NCBI RefSeq assembly: GCF_009914755.1
Contig: NC_060943.1
Reading direction: 5' to 3' (one strand)
DNA from: the human T2T-CHM13v2.0 reference genome, Homo sapiens
Length of the DNA stretch: 64,000 bases
Every line of letters starts with the position of its first letter. Position 1 is the stretch's first letter. This document shows positions 14,236 through 28,410 of the stretch, in pieces. Both the position numbers and the translations under genes were made by a program. Under the pieces are notes generated by a model, which was given only the letters and a program-made list of their open reading frames with translations, had not been told where the DNA came from and searched no databases.

Positions 14236-14828
14236 GGTGTTTTGCTTCCAGTCATCTGGCTTTGGATCTCAAGGGTCAAACAGGATGGCCCTGACTGCAC
14301 CCCACCCCAACATGGGCAGGTGATGGGAATGAAGGAGGAACCTAGAGGTGAAAGGGTGGGGATGTGCTGAACCCCTGACATGTGTGAGGGTGCCTGGCAC
14401 ATAGCAGAGGAGAGTAGGGGGAGGATTCAGGTAGTATCTGTTGGCCAGGCTGCCTGGGCAGAGTCAGAGGGTTCAAAAGAGGAAAAAAAATGGAGCTGTC
14501 TGAAGGTAGGGGAAGGGGGTTCACAAAAGCGATCAACTTGAAGGGGGAGACGTAGGGTGGGATGCTGGCAAGAAAGGGAGCTAAGAATTCCTAAAAGCCT
14601 ACCAGGATAGAAGCTGCACCCTTCTATCCCTGTGTTCTGAGCTGGCTAAGGACCTCGGTCTTGGGACACTCCCAAAGCATGGAGGCCCTATGATCAGCCA
14701 AAGAGGCAGTCAGGTTCTTGGGTTCAGTGACAACACCCCACCTAACCCGCCCAGGTTATGCCCCTTCCCTGACGCCTCCCAGTCCTCAAGAGCCCCCTGC
14801 TGGCTGTCAGTAGAGGACCAGGCACAGT

Positions 14829-14834
14829 TTTATT
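14829..14834 (-). terminator. Polyadenylation signal AATAAA of the CYP4F pseudogene
   Basis: tttatt on + strand, 38 nt past the stop codon. Confidence 0.65.
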
Positions 14835-14872
14835 CCGGAGAATCTGGAAAGGCAGGTGGATGGGTCAGAGGG

Positions 14873-15050
14873 TCACTGCAAGCCCGCGTTCAGGGGCTCC
14901 ACTCGCAGCCAAAGTCCTCCTTCAGCGCGCATGATCAGCTCCGGCTTCCTGCGGGGCTCCGTGTGGTCCAGCAGGAAGCGGAAGCGCAGCAGCGTCAGCG
15001 CCAGGACCACCTTCATCTTCGCCATGGCGAACGCGTGCCCGATGCAGTTC
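14873..15050 (-). pseudogene. CYP4F24P: Exon 13 coding part (heme-ligand Cys retained) to TGA
   Basis: cgcag|[58 protein letters not shown]. Confidence 0.92.
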
Positions 15051-15443
15051 CTGCGGGTGGGAGTGGGGACTGTGACTGCGCCCAGGATCCGCATTTGGGC
15101 CCCAACACGCCGGAAACCTGGCCCGGGATCCTCAACCGCACCCAGATCAGCCTGAGAGATAGAGAGGGGCTGAGCATGCCTGGGACCCCCCTGTGGGTTT
15201 GCATGTCCCCCAGAGCCTGGGCCAGACTCCAGCTCCCAGCTCAGACCAGCAGATGGAGGAGGGGATTCTGAGCACTCTGCGGACCCTCTAGGACCTACTC
15301 ACCCCCATTCTATGGACATTTTCCCATAAACTGTGAAGGAATGGAGGGAAAGAGAACTGGAACTGGGACCATCTGCAAACTTCCCCCTTTTTCGACCCTC
15401 GCACCTATCACCCCATCCCCATACCAGACACAGGTGGCCCTTA

Positions 15444-15653
<210 letters not shown>

Positions 15654-15714
15654 CTAGGAACCTTGGAATTGACAAAGAGGGCAGGGGGTCGGGGGTGGAT
15701 GGGAAAGGCAGCAC

Positions 15715-15779
15715 CTCAGGATCCGGTCACACAGTTGGGTTGTGATGGATTCCTATAATGTTGATGATGCAGATAATGC
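15715..15779 (-). pseudogene. CYP4F24P: Exon 11 (65 nt); TGA replacing Trp
   Basis: cacag|GIICIINIIGIHHNPTV*PDPE|gtgct; TGA at 15729-15727. Confidence 0.9.
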
Positions 15780-15871
15780 CTGTGGGAGAGAAGGTGGCAG
15801 TCAGGACAAGGATCCCCCTGAAGGACCCCTCTTCCTACCCGGGGGGCTCCTCCCCATGAGGCTGTGAGCAT

Positions 15872-16005
15872 CTTTGGGGATGACCCTACCATCTGGGAGC
15901 ACAATGTCCCAGATGCAGTGGCGGGAGGTGTACGGAACAGGGGGATGCAACCGCAGGCTCTCCTTCACGCACATGGTCAGGAAGGGCAGCTGGGCCAGGT
16001 CGTAC
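15872..16005 (-). pseudogene. CYP4F24P: Exon 10 (134 nt; ExxR motif); donor mutated GT>AT
   Basis: cttag|[45 protein letters not shown]|atgct. Confidence 0.9.
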
Positions 16006-16768
16006 CTAAGGCAACACCCCAGCCCCAATCATTATCAAGGGAGCAAAGACACACTTCTCCAGCTTCTCTATTTCCAAGTGAGACCTTTTCTCCCTGTAAC
16101 AAAATAAACTCCACATGGATCAAAAGTTTGAGAATTAGAAAAACAGAAAAAATTAGAAAAACAGAGAATTAGAAGTACCAGAGAAAATTTAGCCAAGTAG
16201 TTAAAAATATATACTCTGAGGAAAACACACCCAGAAGCCAGCTGAAAAAAGTTAACAAATTTGCATAAAAATAAATATTGTCTATGGCAAGAAAGCAAAC
16301 TCAAATGCAAATGAATAAGAAACAAAATACCCAGATCCAATGTTTTGCTCTTATTTCGCATGGAACTAGAGATACCAGCAAGTGCAATTAGGCAAGGGAA
16401 AAACAAGAGAGTCATGCAATTTGAAATGTGGGAGTAAATGTATCATTTTGGCAGATAGTGATGTTATACTTAGAAAACACAGGAAGCTCCACTGGAAAAC
16501 GTTTATAAACGTTTAAGATCCAGTAAAGGAGCTGAATTATCTGCTTAATCTTTCTTCTTTTGCCTTGGCTATTTAAAATTTTAATACCATCTAAACCTAT
16601 CTGATTCAGAATTTGAAAACTGTAAAATATAATCCACTCCTATGGCCCAATGCCATCTACTTCTCCCCACATGTTGCCCAGGTTATTATTTTTTTAATGT
16701 ATCCTTCCTGTGCTAATATTTAGTATATTAAAAAATTATATAGGAGCACACCATCTACTATACACTAG

Positions 16769-17085
<317 letters not shown>

Positions 17086-17419
17086 ATATCTTTTTCTCAT
17101 TTAACAGTTTATCACTTTTTCTTAGCCCCTGGAACTTACGTCAAAATAAGGTTATCCCTACTCTGGAGCTATGAAATAATTTTCTCATGGTTTCATCTAG
17201 GGCTTTTAAGACTCTTTTAAAAAAATTTTATTAATCTGGACATTATCTTGTCATAAGACATGAGAACCAGCTTGTTGCCTTTTTTCCAGAAGGCTTTCCA
17301 GTTGTCCCAAGAGCTTTTACTTATTTTTTCTCTTGATACACAGCATCATCTTTAGCATGTACTGTGTTCATTGGGCACAGAATTTATATGTATAAATCAT
17401 TAGTTTTTCATGTAGAAAT

Positions 17420-19480
17420 AACCACCAACTGAAAAGATGATAATAAAAGATGCTAGTCATAATAATATAAAATACCTGGATTAAACTTAAAAAGAAACAT
17501 GAAATCTCTGTATTTTATTATAAATTTCTCTCAATCCAAATAAAAGATACACTTTACCATGGCAACAAATGTATGTAAGGGGTGATTTAAAAAAAAGTCA
17601 CTCTACCAGCTATTAAAACCTATTAAGAAGTTGCAGTAATAGCAATAGTCTGGCAATGCTGTAAGAACAGAAAAACAGACCTATTCAAAAGACTAGAAAG
17701 CTCAGAGACAGACAAGTGAATAAATGAAAACTTCCCATCTGCTGAAGGAAGCTCTACGAAACTCTGGGAAATAGATGGGTACTATGGCTGCAAAAGAAAA
17801 TGTAGACGAACGAAACTCTGGGAAATAGATGGGTACTATGGCTGCAAAAGAAAATGTAGACGAATTTGACTTCATAAAAATTAACCAAAAGTACCCTCAA
17901 ACAAGTCAAAAGGCAATCTTTTGCAACAAAAGACAGAAAAAAAGATTATTGTAATACACATCCTTTTAAGTAAGTATGAAAAAACAACCCGAAGAAAAAC
18001 AGCAAAAAAAAGAAAAAAAACGTAAGATGACCAATCCCATAGAAAGAAAACAAATGGCGTATCAACTTGGGCAAAAGATGTTCTTCTCCCTCTTATTTAA
18101 GAAAATGTTCATTAAAAGATGAAATATTAAAATTGACAAAAACTTAAAATTTAATAATACAGTAATGCTATTGGTGAATTTATGGGGAAGTTTAAGCTTA
18201 TGCCATCAAACTCAGCTAATATAGGAATGGATTTGCACTCATTTTTACAATTGTAGAATGCAAATGGTCTTTGATTCAGCAATTCCACCTTTGGGAGTGT
18301 GTCCTACAGAGATGCCCACACATATAAACAGTGGTCACTGTACACACATGCCAATTGCAACAGGTTTAATTTAGCAAAAGGCTAAAATGAGCCAAATATA
18401 CATGGATAGGAAGATATTTAGATAAACACCCACACAATGGAATAGTATACAGCTACACAAAAGGAGGAAATAAGGATCACTAGTCCTGTCACACAATGCA
18501 GGCTAGAAGGTGAATCAGTACAGAGACTCTGAAAGGCAGATTGACAATTCCACAATAATTGAAAATGTTTACACAAGTGACTTCAAGAAAGGGACAGGCC
18601 AAATAAAGTATGGAATGCTATTCAGCAGTCAAAAAAATAGCTATCAGACACACTGTTGAGTGGAAAAAAAAGTGTTCCAAAATGTCTATATATATATCTC
18701 ATAGTGCAAAATATATATGGAATATATAAGGAGATAGATGATAGAAAGTTATGTAGATAGATGGATAAACAAACAGACAGACAGATGACAAATCAGTATC
18801 TCTACAGGCCCCTTTGGAGAAAGGGAGGATATTAGGTGGGGTAGCAGGAATGTCAAGGATAACCCTTGTCTTATCTGTAATGTCTCATTGAGTGCAAGAA
18901 GAACCTGTTCTTTTGTAATTCAAACTCATTTTTTTGTAATTCTCATTATAAACTGATTTTCCATGTGGTATATATACAAAATGGAGTGCTATTCAGCCTT
19001 AAAACAGAAGAAAATTATTTCATTTGTGATAGCATGGAAGAACCTGGAGGACATTATGCTAAGTGAAATAAGCCAGGCACAAGAAGACAAATAGCACGCG
19101 ACCTTAATTACCTGTGAGATCTGAAATAGTTAACATAGAAATCAGAGAAACTGAGAAGAGAATGGTGGTTACCAGAGGAGGGAGGAAGAAAGAGTGGAAA
19201 GACGGTCAAAGGGTACAAGTTTCTGTTAGACAGGAGGAATAAGTTTTGAGACCTATTACATGCATGGTGACTACAGTTAATAATAATATATTTTTCAAAA
19301 TTCCTAAGAGAGTAAATTTCAAATGTTCTCACCATAAATATGATGAGTATATGAAATGGTGGTTATGTTTATCAGATTGACTTAATCATTCCACATTGTA
19401 TACATATATTATAACGTCACATTGTACCCCATAAATATATATAATATTAATAAACATAATAAATAAAAATAAACTTATTT
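17420..19480 (+). mobile_element. Old L1M fragments and an L1MA-type 3' end (18960-19480)
   Basis: A-rich degenerate ORF2/3'UTR text (ggaggacattatgctaagtgaaataagccaggcac). Confidence 0.6.
17756..17863. repeat. Perfect 54-bp tandem duplication
   Basis: 17756-17809 is identical to 17810-17863. Confidence 0.92.
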
Positions 19481-19526
19481 TCCAAAACTCATATTTTGAG
19501 AAAAAGAAAAGAAAAGAAAACATCTT

Positions 19527-19829
19527 GCTGGGTACAGTGGCTCACGCTTATAATCCCAGCACTTTAGGACACCGAGGCAGGTGGATCACAAGGTCAGGAG
19601 TTCGAGACCAGCCTGGCCAACACAGTGAAACCCCGCCTCTACTAAAAATACAAAAATTAGCTAGACATGGCGGCGGGTGCCTGTAATACCAGCTACTCAG
19701 GAGGCTGAGGCAGGAGAATTGCTTGAACCTGGGAGGTGGAGGTTGCAGTGAGCCGAGATCGCGCCATTGCACTCACTCTAGCCTGGGCGACAGAGCAAAA
19801 CTGTCTCAAAAAATTAAAAAAAAAAAAAG
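19527..19829 (+). mobile_element. AluS
   Basis: Full dimer with A-tail. Confidence 0.88.
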
Positions 19830-19879
19830 GAAAGATCTCAAAAGATATATTGTTAATGTGCAGATCTGTGACACTTTAT

Positions 19880-22545
19880 TTCTTTTTATTTCAACAGCAT
19901 TTGGGGTACAAGTGGTTTGGTTACATGGATGAATTCTACAGCGGTGAATTCTGAGGTTTTAGTGCACCCATCACCTGAGCAGTGTATACTATTCCCAATA
20001 TGTTGTCTTTTCTCCCTTATCCACCTCCCAACCTCGCTCCCTAAGTCTCCAAAGCTGATTATATCATTCTGTATGTATTTGTGTCCTCACAACTTAGCTC
20101 CCACTTAGAGGTGAAAACATACAGTGTTTGGTTTTCCATTCCTGAGTTACTTCACTTAGAATAATGGCCTCCAGCTCCATCCAAGTTGCAGCAAAAGACA
20201 TTATTTCATTCCTTTTTACGGACGAGTAGTATTCCATGGTATATATATATATATGTCACATTTTCTTTATCCACTCGTTGGTCGATGGACACTTAGGTTG
20301 GTTCCATATCTTTACAATTGTGAATTGTGCTACTATAAGCATACATGTGCCCGTATCTTTTTCATATAATGACTTATTTTCCTTTGGGTGGATACTTAGT
20401 AGTTGGATTACTGGATGGAATGGTAGATCTACTTTTAGTTCTCTAAGGAATCTCCTTACTGTTTTCCATAGAGGTTGTGCTAATTTACATTCCCACCAGC
20501 AGTGTAAAAGTGTTCCCTTTTCACCACACGCACACCAACATCTATTGTTTTTTGACTTTTTAATTATGGCCATTCTTGTAGAAATAAGGTGGTATCTCAT
20601 TGTGGTTTTTTCATTTGCATATCCCTGATGATTAGTGATGTTGAGCATTTTTTATATGTTTCTTGGCTATTTGTGTATCTTCTTTTGAGAATTGTCTATT
20701 CATGTCCTCTGCCCACTTTTTGATGGAATTATTTGTCTTATTCTGGCTGATTTAAGTTTCTTGTAGATTCTGGATACTAGTCCTTTGTCAGATGCACAGT
20801 TTGCAAATATTTTCTTCCACTCTGTAAGTTATCTGTTTACTCTGATGATTGTTTCTTTTGCTGTGCAGAAGCTTTTTAATTCAGTTAGGTCCCACTGATT
20901 TGTTTCTGTTTTTGTTGCATTTACTTTTGGGGTCTTAGTTATGAATCCTTTGCCTAGGCCAATGTCCAGAAGAGTTTTTCCAAGGTTATCTTCTAGAATT
21001 TTTATGGTTTCAGGTTTTAGATTTAAGTCTTTGATCCATCCTGAGTTGATTTTTGTATAAGGTGAGAGATGGGGATCCAGTTTAATTTTTCTACATGTGG
21101 CTATCCAGTTTTCCCAGCATGACTTATTGAATTGGGTGTCCCTTTCCCAATTTATGTTTTTGTATGCTTTGTGAAAGATCTGTTGGCTGTAAGTATTTGG
21201 CTTTATTTCTGGGTCCTCTATTCTGTTCCGTTGGTCTAAGTACCTACTTTTATACCAGTGCCATGTTGTTTTGGTAACTATAGCCTTGTAGTATAATTTG
21301 AAGTCCAGTAATGTGATGCCTCCAGATTTATTCTTTTTGTTTGTTATTGCTTTGGCTGCACAGGCTCTTTTTTGGTTCCATATGAATTTTAGAATTGTTT
21401 ATCCAGTTCTGTGAAAATGATGATGGTGGTTTAATGGGCATTGCATTAAAATATGTAGGTTGCTTTGCATGGTATGGTCATTTTCACAATATTGATTCTT
21501 CCAATTCATGAGCATAGGATGTGTTTCCATTTGTTTGTGTCATCTACGATTTCTTTCAACAGTGTTTTGTAGTACTCCTTGTAGAGATCTTTCACCACCT
21601 TAGTTAAATATATTCCTAGGTATTTTATCTTTGGAACTATTTTTTTGGCAGCTGTGTGAGTCAGAGGGCAGTTCTTAGGTCACTGGGGTAATGTTCCAGA
21701 GGTGAGTATAACTGTCTCTGCCTTGCAAAAGAGCTTGCAAAGGGAGTGGAGAGTAGCAGGTGGCAGTAAGCCTCATCCGGCTCCCATGCAGTTGGCAAGA
21801 CTGATCTCACTCCTGCAGTGCTCCACCCATAGCACTGGATTTAGATCCAAGTAGTCTATGCACAGAACTCAGACCTGCCCCAGGCCATAAGCTTTTCCCC
21901 CAGAGATAGCAATACTTTTAGGCCATGCCCCTTTTTGTCCCTGTCCAAGGCCAGGCACCCAGCTCCTGCACTCCTGTCTGCAGTACACTTCCCGCTTGCC
22001 CCCTGGGTTCTGGTCAAGGGAGTTCATCCCCACTTGAGGTTATATCAAGAAATTCAGTTGGGCATTTCAACCTGTGACCCCTGCCTGAGCTAGTTGGCTG
22101 GCTTCTGCAAGGTCTCCTGTGAGATATAATAAGGAATGGCTTCCCTCAGTCCATGCTGGAGATTGGGAATGCCTGCAAGGCACTTTCTGCTGCTGCCTCT
22201 ATTTTTATATTTCTTACCACTCCCTAAATCAGTTCCAGCTCTGGGTAGAGTTAAGGCCTCCCCCTGTGGTCTGGCTTTTCAGACTCCCCAGTGAAGATGT
22301 GTACCCTGGAGGCAGTCTCTCCCCCTCTCACACTCTGGGGATTCACAGTTTTTCACCTGTCTCACAGAGTAGGATGCAGCCTGCAGCTTCTTTTGAAGGG
22401 TCTATGGATTCTTTTGGGTTTCCTGTTAAGCCTCTGTGTTGTTTTTGGGGGAAAGAAAGTTCACAGTGTGAATCTCTACATACTTTTTTGTCCTTCCACA
22501 GGGGAGAGACACACTGACATTGCCTCCAATTCATCATCTTGGAAA
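19880..22545 (-). mobile_element. L1PB-type element: 3'UTR and ORF2 C-terminus fused to 5'UTR-like sequence
   Basis: ORF2 C-terminal CCHC region in ORF 20256-20648; abrupt switch near 21654 to GC-richer L1 5'UTR-like text. Confidence 0.75.
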
Positions 22546-24214
22546 AGAAATGTTGTGTCTATTTTATATACTCCTATTTGTATAGAAAAAGTCTGTGTTC
22601 ATATAAAGTGGGCATCAAGATAACCATTTTACTGGAAGGACACACAGAAAACCATTGATGGTAGAAACCGCTAGTGTGAGACTTAAGAAGGAAGCTCATT
22701 TTTTATCATAAATTTATGGATTTTTTTTGACAGAGTGCACAATTTTGCTTGAAAGCTAGGTTTTTAAAAGCATAGAAATGTGTTGCCACTTCACAGGACT
22801 GCTGGGCTGAGCAAAGTCTTGGACGGGAGGACACTGCCTTCAAAACACCTGTCCAGTCCATTGCCTCCTCTCCATCCCCAGCCCCTGGCCTGGCTCAGGT
22901 CCCAGAATGTCCTCACTGGGACTTCATTCTACAGCTGATCCTCTCTAATATGCTCTCCACAGTAGTCCTGAAAGGATCTTCCTTCTGCCCAGATCTGGCC
23001 TACCCCTCCCCTGCTCACCCACTTCCTATGGCTCCTAATTGCCTTTGGGTTAAAATGGAAGCCATTAACATTTTTTCCATGTCTTCCACAGCCAGGCTCT
23101 GCTGCCACCTCCATTATTATTATCTCAGCATGACCCAGTTTCTCCCTCTCTCATTCTCTGTCTCGTTTTCTCTTCCCTCCTCTCTTTATCTCTCTCTGTC
23201 CCTCACTTTCCCTCCCTCTTCCTTCTTTCTCCCTTTATAACCTTCTCCTTCCCCCTTACACAAACAACTCCTTCTCTTTTTCCCTCTTCTCCCTCTCTCC
23301 CACCCCTGCTTCTTTCTGCATCTTTGCCAAGGCTGTCTTTTTGACTTAGACCACTACTGCATGCAAACGTCTACTGATCATCATTCAGGATCTCAGTTAG
23401 AATACTTTTATTTATTTATTTTTACTGTTTTAGAGATGGATTCTTTCTGTATTGCCCAGGCTCATCTTAAACCTGACCTCAAGTGATCCTCCCACCTCAA
23501 CCTCCTTAGTACTTGGTATCATGGGCGCCAGCCACCACATCTGGCGTGAAACACTTACTATATTCTCAGTCTGCTTCTCTTGTTCTCAATACCATCCTTG
23601 TCCATGTGGACAGAGAAGTCCTACCTGAGACTCTTCCCACTAGGCTGGGAGTACCTGAAAGACACATCCCTGGACAGTGTTCTTTCCAGGTATCCAGGGA
23701 ACAGAAAGGTGCTGGAAACAGAACTGACATTGGAAAGACATGTGGAAGAGTTTGCTGAATGAAGACTGAATGGATGAATGATGCAGGTATTCTAGAAAGA
23801 GATAGATGACTTTTACCCCCAGGTCTCCTTTACAACTCCCTGGACTGGACTGGAGGGTAGGAATTAGGGAACAGAAGAGCAAACATCCAGGAAGTGAAGA
23901 TGTTTGAAAAAAATGATAATTCAGAGAAAATAAGAAGTGAGTGAAGGGAAAATTCATTGACTGAACATGTCTAGGTGTCATCATCTGCCTTCACATATTG
24001 TCACCAGCTCTCTCAGCAGGCTAGGACTCTCTGTCCTAAAAGCCTGAAAACTTTCCCCTGCTAGCCAGGCTGGATATCAAGTTCTGCCTCTGGGCTCTGC
24101 TCCTAATACTACTAAGCAATAATGGAAGAATTGACAAAAACAACTTTCTCCCTTCCCACTTGGGGAGCAGAGCCAATGACGGGCTCAGGAACAGGCCAGA
24201 AGAACCTGCACTCA

Positions 24215-24424
<210 letters not shown>

Positions 24425-24543
24425 TCAGGGAGGATGGAGGGAGGGGGAAGATAGGCAGAATTGAGTGATCCAGGGCCCACCCACCATGTTCCTGAGATGA
24501 AAGGACCCCTGTCCTCACTGTAGTCCCACACTGGGAGCCTCAC

Positions 24544-24610
24544 CTGCAAACATGAAGGTGTCAGCCTCTGCTCTTACATCCTCATCTGACAACACCTTCC
24601 CATCTTCATC
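24544..24610 (-). pseudogene. CYP4F24P: Exon 8 (67 nt; I-helix)
   Basis: ttcag|[23 protein letters not shown]|gtgag. Confidence 0.92.
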
Positions 24611-25618
24611 CTGAAGGGAAAGCAAGACAAACCCTCCCCCAAATTTACTATCTCTGAGACTCCCGAGTCTCACCTGAGACAATCTCTGAAGGTCCGATCT
24701 TCTTCCAGAAACTCAAACCCACTCTGCATGTCTAGATCTCTCTTGTTCACCATCACCAGAGCCCCCATTCCAAGGTCTTCCCCCCAGCTCCTTTGCCTTG
24801 TCTTTGGTCCCTGGTGGGAGGAATCAATGACTCGAATATTTTCATATTTCTGTATAATGAAGACTTTAAGAGAAAAAGATACTGGCAACTTGGGGTACAG
24901 GAAGTTTAAATGGCAATTTGCCTTGGAGGTTAAAAATTACATATTGCTTTAAAGATATTTGCTCACATTCTAGAGTGGTAAACTCAGAGAATCTTATCTT
25001 TCCAGAAGATATTTGGATTATAAACCTATAGAAATTGCCATCTCACTGGAGAGTAGTAGTTTATACTCCTGAACAAAGCATTCTCTCTCTCTCTCTCTCT
25101 CTTTCACCCTGTAAAAAAGAAGGAGCATATGAACTAACTGTCCTATATAAGATATAAGACTCATAATGTGGGGGCCCCTCTCCTATGGTGCAAATTCTTG
25201 TACATTTACAGGTAAAAACATTGTGTTGCCCTAGAAATGGGGAGCCAGCACAACAATCCTACTCCTCCCACTGTTACTGCTGTAAATAATTAATGGGCTG
25301 CTGTAATCCAGGGGTTTGGTGCATCTGTCATCATAGATATAGACATAGACGAAGACATAGACATAAATAAAAATGTGAAAGACTAACTTACTAACTTGTA
25401 AGTTGAGTAAAATCGCACGTTCTTCACAGTTTCAGAATTAGCAGTCCCCTGCGGGCTGCATTCAACAGAATCATCTCTAAAACCTATCTGTGACCTTCCC
25501 TTTCTCAAGCATCTTCCATGGCTCCCAGTGCCCTCTGGATGAAGTCCAATTTATTTCATCTGACATTTGACATCAAGCTCCATTCTATCACTGTAATTCA
25601 GATCGTAGAGAAACCCAC

Positions 25619-25888
25619 CTTGCTCAGCAGAAGCACATCAATGAAATCCAAAGTCTAGGACTTGGCTTTGTTCTTGAGGAAATCACAATACCCTGAGTGG
25701 GAAGGGTATGGCGCCGCTCCTGGATGACGGCGTCTGTGAAGTCGTGCACCAGGCGGCAGGCCCTGCGGAAGCGCCGCCCGTCATGGGAGAGGTAATACAG
25801 AAAGTCCATGTGCTGGAGGATATGCTGGTTTCTTTTTTCTACAAGGGCACTGAGCTCCAAGATGGTAGCAATATATTCACTGGGCCTC
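25619..25888 (-). pseudogene. CYP4F24P: Exon 7 (270 nt); 1-bp deletion and TAG in the ancestral frame
   Basis: [29 protein letters not shown]...QGI, then G-T GAT TTC CTC AAG (deletion at 25685/25686). TCC TAG ACT at 25657-25655 replaces S-K-T. Ends LLSK|gtggg. Confidence 0.9.
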
Positions 25889-26668
25889 CTGCAGGCCAAG
25901 GGCAGAAAGGGAGGCAACAATGTAACATATGCAAAGCCCAGGAACACCTCCCACCAGCAGCCAGGAGCTACCTCCCATCAGGAAACTGAGTATCTAGAAA
26001 CAGATGGTCCTAGAGATACATGATGGGTATCTGTCCTGAGATTGACTCTCTAGACTCTCTTCCCTCCCTGCATCCTATCTCTGAGAGCTGTCTCCATGCA
26101 CCTAGGTACCCGGAGTGTAGCTTGGACACCATGTTTCTCTCATCTCCCATCCAGTATCCAGTACTGATCATATTCCTTACCAAAACTGTCCACACAACTC
26201 AGACTTCATCCTCTTCCACTTCAGCCCGACTCCAGCCCCCACCATAACCAATTTGTACCCAATGTCAGCTCCATGTAGTGTCTACACTACTGTCAGATTC
26301 CCACACAGCTCAGCTCTTACCACAGCCATCATCAGCTGAAACTCCTTCAAAAGCTCCCTGGGACCATCTTGATAAACTTCATACCACTTTTCCTGATTTT
26401 CAGTGTCCCTAATATCTAATCCTATTTCCACAACCACATTTCTACTGTCTGTTGCATATGCTTGGCTCATCCTAACCTTATTACTGTTACTCAAATATTT
26501 CTACCTACCTGGAAAGACAACACTTTCTCCCCTTCCTTGACCTTAAAAGCCCAGCTATGATACAAATCCTCCCGAAAGGTACTTCGGGTTACTTTGCTCC
26601 TTCCTCCCTCCCCAACTTACTCCCTTTGGTCCATGGATTCACATCCCAGGCCCTGGGAAGGAACTCAC

Positions 26669-26790
26669 TCCTGACAATGGCTGTCAAAGCTGAAGATGCA
26701 TTTCTGTAGACTGTCCAAGGTCATGAGGCTGATGTGCTCAAACATGTCCAGACGACTGCTGCCCTCTGAGGCCAGGTGCTGCCACTTGTC
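26669..26790 (-). pseudogene. CYP4F24P: Exon 6 (122 nt)
   Basis: gccag|[41 protein letters not shown]|gtgagt. Confidence 0.92.
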
Positions 26791-27389
26791 CTGGCCAGAG
26801 AAGGGAAGACGGCTAGAGCTGGGCCCTGCCTCCTTTGTGCCCCTCCCCAGTCCCAAACATCAGGATGGACTCCCCCACAACCAGCCTCCTGGTCCTCTGC
26901 CCCAGGAACCCATTGCCAGTGAGGACCAGACTTGGATGCGAGCAGAAGCTGTTAGTATAGGAGATGAAGACCCATGGCTTGGAGTCAAGAGACCTGCATT
27001 CAAGTCTCAGCCTTGTCTCCTATGTTCTGTGTGCCCTTGGTCAATCTATTGCCCTCCTCTAGGTCCCACATGTCAAATATTCAATAATGGTCAAGATGAT
27101 CTGCTTTGGGCCAGATAAACCAGGACAGAATCTCTGCTCCACCACCCCTAGATCAGTCTCCTAGCTGGAGACTGGTTGAACTGTTTCCAGCTCGCTAACC
27201 TCTCTGGCCCTCAGTTTCATCATCTGCAATTGGGCAAAAATAACCATAACTCACAGGGTTATTAAAATTAAATTAGACACATATGTCATGGAACTGGGAC
27301 ATGACATTGTTTTAGGCCTATGGTGAGTGCTCAGTAAATGTTCTCTTCACTCTTCTCCATTGTTACAAAGTCATTTCAAAAATATCCCT

Positions 27390-28410
27390 GTGTTGGAAGA
27401 GGCACTTCTTCATCAGCCCTGAGCATCCTTGCTGGGCATGCCAAGAATGCAAGGCCATGATGTTCTTACTTCAGCCATTTTTCAGAGTTGTGTTTGCAGG
27501 GAACAACCTGGAGAGATAAGGCAATGAATCCCCCTGGACCAATATCAGGCTTGTTTCTGCTACTATTAAAGCAGATTCCTTAAGCCTAATGCCCATTGTC
27601 TGTCATGCAATGTACTGCATGAGCAGGCAACTAGCAAGGCCCACTGTGTCACCCCCATGGAATTTAGGTTGACTCCGAAAAAGGATACAAACCAACAAGA
27701 CATACATGTTGCTTGCTGTGCCTGAGTAATCAACTACCCTTTGTCTCTGACCCAGGGGTCTTGTGTCTTCTATTAGAATGCATGAAACAGTAACAAGCTA
27801 ACTTATCAGCTTGCAAGTAAAAGAAACATCCTAGGCATATCACAAAATCCTGACCCCCAGTTCTTCACTTCTCTTTGTATTTACACCCTTTGCGCAGTAA
27901 TTTTTCAGCAGCTTCCATTAATAGATGGATTCTATTTTACATCCCTTTTAGTCTGTGCTGGACATTTGATTTTCTTTGGCCAATACAGTGTGGTGAACAT
28001 GATGATGTAATAACTCGAATAGCCCCAAGGCTGGTTGAACTTTGAAGATTGCAGAGACAATGTCCAGAAATATTGCAGCCTCCTCTCAGTTTCTCAGAAC
28101 CCAGTCTCTGCCATGTGAACAACAGGGTGCCTTCTGGAGGCAGAGAATCACATGGGGGAAAGTCCAGGTGTCACAGCTGAGGCCATCCCAGATCAGCCTG
28201 AAGCTAGTGAAGCCCTAAACATGTGAATGAACTGGACCAAGATCAGCAAAGCTGCCTACATGCCCCACAGCTGCTCATGTACCAAAGTTGATCGCATCTA
28301 CATCCGGAAGAACCAGCTAAATGTCTCACAGACTCATTAGCAATCATAAACCTTTATTGATCTAAACCAATGGGTATTGAAGTGGTTTGTAATTGGTAAT
28401 GGCTACTATG
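27390..28410. mobile_element. Old ERVL/MaLR-type LTR fragments
   Basis: LTR-like text including an MLT1-like end (gtggtttgt...actatgcaa); family not certain. Confidence 0.45.

Noticed and set aside
14690-15271. 193-aa plus-strand ORF
   Set aside because: Antisense shadow of GC-rich exon 13; no recognisable domain.
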